The translations under genes were made by a program, and so were the position numbers. Below, in pieces: positions 28,204 through 32,905 of a stretch of DNA of 32,905 nt (position 1 is the first letter of the stretch; each line of letters begins with the position of its first letter). Origin of the DNA: a virus (taxonomy: Duplodnaviria > Caudoviricetes); IMG/VR virus record IMGVR_UViG_3300020045_019262, positions 1 through 32,905 of that record, one strand, 5' to 3'. A model generated the notes under the pieces. That model was not told the DNA's origin. It worked only from the letters and a program-made list of their open reading frames with translations, and made no database searches.

Positions 28204-28524
28204 AAAGGGGAAATCTCCTTTCTAACTATCGGAAATCCGATAGTTAAACTTAGTCAGGCTCTTTCTAGGTCACCGCAAATTTGCGTCGACCTACTAGTTG
28301 TATACACTAACCGACTTTTCGGTTAGTTCAATATGGGAATTCCCATATTGAGCATTATCAAGACCTTAAAAAGAAACTATATTTATAATACCAAATTATC
28401 TGGTATTATAAATAAGCGTGACGCTCTAAAGCGTCACGGAATTGGTTCAAATAAATCTGCCATGCTCTGTAAAGGGTGGTGCAAATTTGCACCACGAAAT
28501 TAATACCCGACTTTTCGGGTATTA
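28201..28524. repeat. Array of nine short palindromes
   Basis: Inverted repeats at 28201-24, 28223-46, 28266-93, 28306-27, 28328-51, 28381-413, 28417-38, 28476-95 and 28501-24. Confidence 0.92.
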
Positions 28525-28540
28525 TCTAACTGCTGGAATC

Positions 28541-28774
28541 CTAGCAGTTAAACAAGTCATCCACATAACTATCGTTCTTAAAAATACCGAATAGTTCTGC
28601 CGCACAGGTTACTGATATATCAATTTCAAAATAAAGATAGGCGTTTGATTGTTTATAATAAATTTGAGTCCCTTTGTCTGTAGAATTGAGAGACAAAATA
28701 CCAGATCTAATATCCGAAAAGAGTTCTTTTGACATAAAACAATTAGCAGTAAGTTGTAAATATTTGGTTGTCAT
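28541..28774 (-). CDS. Small hypothetical protein
   Basis: RBS AAGGA, its own promoter and a leader hairpin. Confidence 0.7.
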   Translation of the reverse strand: MTTKYLQLTANCFMSKELFSDIRSGILSLNSTDKGTQIYYKQSNAYLYFEIDISVTCAAELFGIFKNDSYVDDLFNC

Positions 28775-28793
28775 GTGATTTCCTTTTAATGTT

Positions 28794-28816
28794 ACCCTGA
28801 TTAACGTCAGGTGCGT
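28794..28816 (-). promoter_or_regulatory. Conserved 23-nt leader hairpin, copy 2
   Basis: ACGCACCTGACGTTAATCAGGGT on the minus strand; begins at about the predicted transcription start. Confidence 0.6.
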
Positions 28817-28821
28817 TATTT

Positions 28822-28850
28822 ATTATATCTTGTTTACATCATAAAATCAA
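28822..28850 (-). promoter_or_regulatory. Sigma70 promoter TTGATT-17-TATAAT
   Basis: Read directly on the minus strand. Confidence 0.75.
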
Positions 28851-28866
28851 TGTGCAGATTTACATA

Positions 28867-28895
28867 TTGACAAGGAAAAGGTAAAAGTTTATAAT
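28867..28895 (+). promoter_or_regulatory. Perfect consensus sigma70 promoter TTGACA-17-TATAAT
   Basis: TTGACA at 28867-72, TATAAT at 28890-95. Confidence 0.88.
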
Positions 28896-28900
28896 GATTG

Positions 28901-28960
28901 TACTCCATTAAGAGTGGATTTCCTTATTAGAAAAACCCTAGTTTGATAACTAGGGTTTTT
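28901..28960 (+). ncRNA. Putative ~60-nt sRNA
   Basis: Lies between a consensus promoter and an intrinsic terminator, with no RBS-led ORF. Confidence 0.6.
28931..28960. terminator. Bidirectional intrinsic terminator
   Basis: AAAAACCCTAGTT-TGAT-AACTAGGGTTTTT. Confidence 0.85.
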
Positions 28961-28989
28961 GTTATTTATACTATGGGATAATCCCATAG

Positions 28990-29397
28990 TTATCTAAAAG
29001 CCAAATTTCGTAAGTCATATTTCTTATTCATAACAGAGAGCCATTGTCTTGAATAACCAACCCTTTTTGCAATCGCATTCATTGGGATGTCTGGTCTTGC
29101 CCTAATTAATTCTAATATTACATCAATTTTTTCGCAGTCAGGCATATCTTTAGGAGGAAGCTGTTTAAAGACACGTTCTCTGTATTCGGGACGGTCACGG
29201 TAACTCCAACCACTCCTTGTATCAGGGACTTTGAGATCCTTAATTTTATCGAGGATGTCAGGATTAGCAACCAATTCATTAAAAATTGTTTTAACAAAAG
29301 AGACGTATGTTGGTTGTTTATCAATGGTAGCAGCAATGCTTGATGTTGACTTACCTTTTTTAAGCAGTTCCAAAATAGTATCTAAATCACTTGTCAT
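28990..29397 (-). CDS. Double-HTH DNA-binding protein
   Basis: LLKKGKSTSSIAATIDKQPTYVS and PDIPMNAIAKRVGYSRQWLS; RBS AGGAG; promoter TTGACA-17-TATTGT at 29420-29448. Confidence 0.7.
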   Translation of the reverse strand: MTSDLDTILELLKKGKSTSSIAATIDKQPTYVSFVKTIFNELVANPDILDKIKDLKVPDTRSGWSYRDRPEYRERVFKQLPPKDMPDCEKIDVILELIRARPDIPMNAIAKRVGYSRQWLSVMNKKYDLRNLAFR

Positions 29398-29460
29398 AAT
29401 TAATCTCCTTACAAGGATGACAATAGATCCTTTTAATTTATTTGTCAATAGAAAAGTGAT
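29354..29460. repeat. 107-bp direct repeat, copy 1 (promoter + RBS + start of the HTH gene)
   Basis: Matches 30235-30341 with one mismatch (29430 C / 30311 A). Confidence 0.95.
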
Positions 29461-29479
29461 GGTTTTACAGAAAACAGGC

Positions 29480-29810
29480 GTAACTGCCGTAACCTTTTTG
29501 GTCAATAAAATCAATGACTTATCTAAAAAGGTTACGGCAGAAATAATAAAAGGTTACGGCAGAAAAGTACCGTAACCTTTTGATATATAAGAGATAATCT
29601 GTAAAGGTTACGGCAGGTTACGGGTTACGGCATAAATTTTCCGCTCACACCACCACAGTATACAGGGATGGTGTACGTTACACTACTGTGCTTCTCTGTA
29701 TATATCTATATATAATTTAGGGGTAACTGCCGTAACCTTAACACAAACCCTTGTTTTGTAAGGGGAAAAAGGTTACGGCACTACCGTAACCTTGCCGTAA
29801 CCTTTTGGCT
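29480..29810. repeat. Iteron-type origin-like element (GGTTACGG/CCGTAACC), copy B2
   Basis: About 11 iterons; IHF-consensus AATCAATGACTTA at 29509-21; AT-alternating tract; 60-bp block 29519-78 identical to 14125-84. Confidence 0.85.
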
Positions 29811-29814
29811 AAAG

Positions 29815-29844
29815 AAAAACAGCTAGGCGTAACCTAGCTGTTTT
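29815..29844 (-). terminator. Intrinsic terminator after the primase C-terminal fragment
   Basis: AAAAACAGCTAGG-CGTAA-CCTAGCTGTTTT; the loop overlaps an iteron core. Confidence 0.8.
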
Positions 29845-29871
29845 GTTCTTCTCGATATAGAGTTTCTAGCT

Positions 29872-30097
29872 TTACCCTATGAGTTCCAAGATGGTTTTTG
29901 GAGATAATGCAATATCATTTGTCCATACTTTGACTGTTTTTCCGTTTATTTTTTTGACGACACATTGATAACCCATAGATTTAAACAGATTGAATTTCTC
30001 CTTGTCTCCCATTTTCAAAACAACATCTGAATTTGAAGCACAAGTTGTAACAAGAGCATGATTTAGTTTTGAAAAGTAGAAACAGCTGGAGGAGATG
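29872..30097 (-). pseudogene. Orphan C-terminal fragment (or stand-alone domain) of a second, divergent primase-helicase
   Basis: CFYFSKLNHAL...KFNLFKSMGY...KINGKTVKVW...SPKTILELIG* aligns by eye with the primase C-terminus MFSSVALFAAL...KNTILKRLNY...KFKNVKHQIW...SLEKIKNILG*. Confidence 0.7.
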
Positions 30098-30206
30098 TTA
30101 GAGTGTGGGAAACGAACCCACAGGGAGACTGCCGTCTCAGAAGACCACTTCATCGCCAATTGCAGTTGGCAGGAATCGAACCTGACCGTCACTAGACCTC
30201 TAACAT
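30095..30206 (-). ncRNA. tRNA-like structured RNA with two T-arm hairpins
   Basis: 9-bp closing helix ATGTTAGAG/CTCTAACAT; hairpins CAGG-TTCGATT-CCTG, GAGAC-GGCA-GTCTC and TGTGGG-TTCGTTT-CCCACA. Confidence 0.6.
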
Positions 30207-30210
30207 AGTT

Positions 30211-30236
30211 TGGCGAGAGAGTTAGGTTTCGAACCC
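30211..30236 (-). pseudogene. 3' remnant of a tRNA (Ser-like, discriminator G)
   Basis: GGGTTCGAAACCTAACTCTCTCGCCA gives T-loop, acceptor strand and GCCA; the 5' part is replaced by the direct repeat. Confidence 0.65.
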
Positions 30237-30341
30237 TTTTTTAAGCAGTTCCAAAATAGTATCTAAATCACTTGTCATAATTAATCTCCTTACAAGGATG
30301 ACAATAGATCATTTTAATTTATTTGTCAATAGAAAAGTGAT
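30235..30341. repeat. 107-bp direct repeat, copy 2 (truncated HTH start, 18-aa peptide)
   Basis: Reads MTSDLDTILELLKKGFET*, running into the tRNA remnant. Confidence 0.95.
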
Positions 30342-30690
30342 ATGTCCCTTTAAAAGATGGATTTTACCTCTTAAAGGGACATGGTGGGACATAGTCAAAA
30401 GCATAAAAATACGCCATGTCCCTAGCATAACTTATTGATTTTGTTATCAAAGGGACACGGGGACATAGGGGGACATAGAAAAACGTCAAACCCCACGTTT
30501 ATACACACGCAATGTGTATAGGTAGTATTTTAGTACAGAGTTAAAGCACAGCTGTTATTTATATATGTCCCTTATGTCCCCTATGTCCCTTTAATATTAA
30601 AAACAAGGACTTACATCAATTTTGTAGGGACATAGAGGGGACATAGAGGGGACATAGCTTATAGTATTTATTATATACATCAACAACTTA
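30342..30690. repeat. Iteron-type origin (GGGACAT/ATGTCCC), type A; probable cognate origin of the primase-helicase
   Basis: About 13 direct and inverted iterons; IHF-consensus at 30428-40; central TATACAC...GTGTATA hairpin; directly downstream of the primase-helicase. Confidence 0.8.
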
Positions 30691-30694
30691 ACAA

Positions 30695-30724
30695 GAAACC
30701 CAACCTAAATATTCAGGTTGGGTT
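30695..30724 (-). terminator. Terminator after the primase-helicase
   Basis: AAACCCAACCT-N8-AGGTTGGGTTT. Confidence 0.75.
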
Positions 30725-30748
30725 TGATTAATATCATACCCTGTAAGG

Positions 30749-32818
30749 TTACCCTAAGATATTTTTTATCTTTTCCAAAGACGTGTTAGGATTTTTAACC
30801 CATATTTGGTGTTTAACATTTTTAAATTTAACCCTAGACGGATATTGAGTATAATTAAGTCTTTTTAGGATAGTATTTTTAGCTGTTGGAGTTAAAGTAG
30901 CAGCTAAATTCGTATGATGTAGGCTGAGAGCTGCAAACAATGCTACTGAACTGAACATTTCCTTGTTATAAAGTTCTCCACCTTCTTCAAGTAATTCAGA
31001 AATTTCATACAAACCTTCAATACTACTTTTCTCTGTCAATATAACAGAATCTTTTTCAGCAGTCCGAGGAGCATTCCCTGTAATATCACGTTGGTCTTTG
31101 TCTGAAAGTTCTAATTCGGACAACCATTTCAAAATTTGATCACAGTAGTTGTTCATAGCTGAATATAAATTACGAAAATATTCTTCATGTGCAACACCAG
31201 TATACTCTTTGAATTTTTCTTTGCTTTCACATTCAACAAAGAACATACCATAACGTCTGTCACCATCTGAAGCAGGAATAGCATCTTTATAGTTTGTGAA
31301 AGCAATGTAATTTACAACATTTTTTACCACACGTTTAGCGATACCTTTTTCGTTCCAGTTGACATCTGGGTTTGTAATATAGGGTTTTAACTTATTATAG
31401 GCAACATATCTATTAGCACCACTCATTTTCAATTCTTCAAGAACATTAATACAACGGCCTGAACACCACTCGGTAAACTCAGATTGTAACATTTCAGGAG
31501 ACATATCCTTAACATTATCTCCGCCAAGGCATTTTTTCAAAAGTGTTCCAAAAAAAGTTTTACCCATAGCTTCTTCAGATTGAATAAGAGGACACCAACC
31601 TGCTTTAACTCCTGGAAATTGTATGACAAAAGCTAACCAATTAGTGAACAAAGAGCATCTATCATCAGCACCAAAAATAAATTTAATGTGATTTTTTAAA
31701 AGTCCAATAGCGTGAAGACCTTCAGGAGTATATTCTTCGGCTTTTTTAGGTAAAGAGTCTCTATTAAATAGATTTACGAATTTACCATTTGTAGTTTGGA
31801 AGAATAGTGGTTCTGATGGATTAAATTCATTTGAGTATACAACAGGGAGAAGTTTACTCTTAATCAGATAGTCAGATATTTTACTTGCTGGAAGAGTATC
31901 AGGAAGACTGTTATCATTAAGACTTATAATATGTCTACCAAAAGCGACATCGATAAGAGTTTCCTTAGTTTTCACATTATAACAACGATTCTGACCACTT
32001 AAATAAACCCAATCCTTGTAAGTTTGCTCAGAGTTAATATTATCTTGCTTTTGTGTGTTCACAGTTAATCCACCTTCTTTTAATATGTATGAGATTGTGA
32101 GACAACCTTCTCCTGTTTTAAATGCAGCCCATTTAGATTTGAGTTGTTGCTCTGTAGATGCTTCAGGTGCTGTTGAACTCCATTCACTCCACAAAGCGAA
32201 ACCTTCTTCATCTTTGTCAGAGAAATGATTCTTCAAAGCCATACCAACATTGACCCAAGACTGTTCTGTTTCATTATCAATAGACTCCAGAGCTTTTTTG
32301 ATTGTTTCAACAGGAACTACTTTTTTCTTGATTGTTTTTGGTTTGATAGGAGCTTCACAAATTAAATCCATCAGTTTAGCAGGGGCTTTGTTGAACTCAA
32401 CCATTTCAAAAGAATTTCCGAAAGTGTATTCTCCATAGATAGAACCGTCTAAATTTTTAATGACAGTGCCAGCAATCATGATTCTTGTTGTTTTGAATTC
32501 AACATCGGGATAAATATCGACCAATTCGTTTTTAATTTTACGATCGAGGTATTCTTGTGGGATCTCCATATAGATATGAAATCCGCCTGAAGGAGTGATG
32601 ACTGTTTTTTCCCAATCTGGATTTCCTAAATCATTCATCAATTTTGTGAAAGACTCAGCACCTTTTTTGTTACCTTTAGTGTCTACGTCGATTACAAAAT
32701 AAGGTTTTTCAATTTGCCAAGCAAGACCTGCGTTATGGTTCTCAATTTGTCTGATTGTTGGTAAGTTTGTGATTGTTGTTCCTGGGAGAACTTGTTTTTG
32801 GTAACAAACCCATCCGTA
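30749..32818 (-). CDS. Primase-helicase: Prim-Pol (AEP) + PriCT-2 + SF3 helicase (NrS-1/DUF5906-like) + C-terminal domain; 5' end missing
   Basis: The frame stays open upstream of the listed start through YFVIDVDTK (DxD) to a stop at 32819-21. Motifs TPSGGFHIY, WVNVGMALK...WSEWS, Walker A EEAMGKT, Walker B INVLEE and AFTN. Confidence 0.88.
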   Translation of the reverse strand, partial: YGWVCYQKQVLPGTTITNLPTIRQIENHNAGLAWQIEKPYFVIDVDTKGNKKGAESFTKLMNDLGNPDWEKTVITPSGGFHIYMEIPQEYLDRKIKNELVDIYPDVEFKTTRIMIAGTVIKNLDGSIYGEYTFGNSFEMVEFNKAPAKLMDLICEAPIKPKTIKKKVVPVETIKKALESIDNETEQSWVNVGMALKNHFSDKDEEGFALWSEWSSTAPEASTEQQLKSKWAAFKTGEGCLTISYILKEGGLTVNTQKQDNINSEQTYKDWVYLSGQNRCYNVKTKETLIDVAFGRHIISLNDNSLPDTLPASKISDYLIKSKLLPVVYSNEFNPSEPLFFQTTNGKFVNLFNRDSLPKKAEEYTPEGLHAIGLLKNHIKFIFGADDRCSLFTNWLAFVIQFPGVKAGWCPLIQSEEAMGKTFFGTLLKKCLGGDNVKDMSPEMLQSEFTEWCSGRCINVLEELKMSGANRYVAYNKLKPYITNPDVNWNEKGIAKRVVKNVVNYIAFTNYKDAIPASDGDRRYGMFFVECESKEKFKEYTGVAHEEYFRNLYSAMNNYCDQILKWLSELELSDKDQRDITGNAPRTAEKDSVILTEKSSIEGLYEISELLEEGGELYNKEMFSSVALFAALSLHHTNLAATLTPTAKNTILKRLNYTQYPSRVKFKNVKHQIWVKNPNTSLEKIKNILG

Positions 32819-32904
32819 TTAGCAGACACAACTCTACATCCTGTCAATTCAAGTGATTCAATCAGCATTAACAAAGCTAACTGCCCTGTTAAAGTCGTTT
32901 GGAT
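32800..32904 (-). CDS. Fragment of a family B DNA polymerase (palm motifs)
   Basis: IQTTLTGQLALLMLIESLELTGCRVVSANTDGFV matches the TxxGQ...NTDG palm signature; the frame is open to the window edge. Confidence 0.7.
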
Positions 32905-32905
32905 T

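Noticed and set aside
28201-28524. Palindrome stack as a CRISPR or mini-array
   Set aside because: Units differ from each other; there is no constant repeat with spacers.
29231-29575. 114-aa + strand ORF and the N-terminal extension of ORF 28990-29514
   Set aside because: Both run through promoter and iteron DNA; the RBS and promoter support a start at 29397.
30095-30236. Functional tRNA genes
   Set aside because: One is only a 3' remnant and the other lacks a canonical D arm and 7-nt anticodon loop.
32692-32874. 60-aa ORF as an independent gene
   Set aside because: Chimera of a PolB fragment and off-frame primase sequence.
1-32905. Stop-codon reassignment
   Set aside because: Genes are intact in the standard code, and TAA, TAG and TGA all end genes.

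Overview
AT-rich fragment of a tailed-phage genome, a podovirus with a BPP-1/T7-type virion module. It encodes small and large terminase, portal, scaffold, major capsid, Bbp16-like cement, tail tubular A and B, a gp13-like acetyltransferase and three ejection proteins, one with an SLT domain and one a large polyvalent protein. It also encodes a T7-gp17-type tail fibre, a repeat-stalk/alginate-lyase-like appendage, lysis-like genes and a PrimPol-PriCT2-SF3 primase-helicase. The virion genes are split into many short alternating operons, most preceded by a TGGTA-N6-TACCA palindrome. The most unusual region is 28.2-30.75 kb. It holds two tandem cassettes of primase C-terminal domain + terminator + iteron origin + promoter, with different iteron sequences (GGGACAT vs GGTTACGG). 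A third GGTTACGG origin copy lies at 14.0-14.4 kb. The same region contains a truncated tRNA, a tRNA-like RNA, a promoter-terminator sRNA and a stack of nine palindromes. Both window ends look like chimeric joins. All family assignments come from motif recognition by eye; no searches were run.
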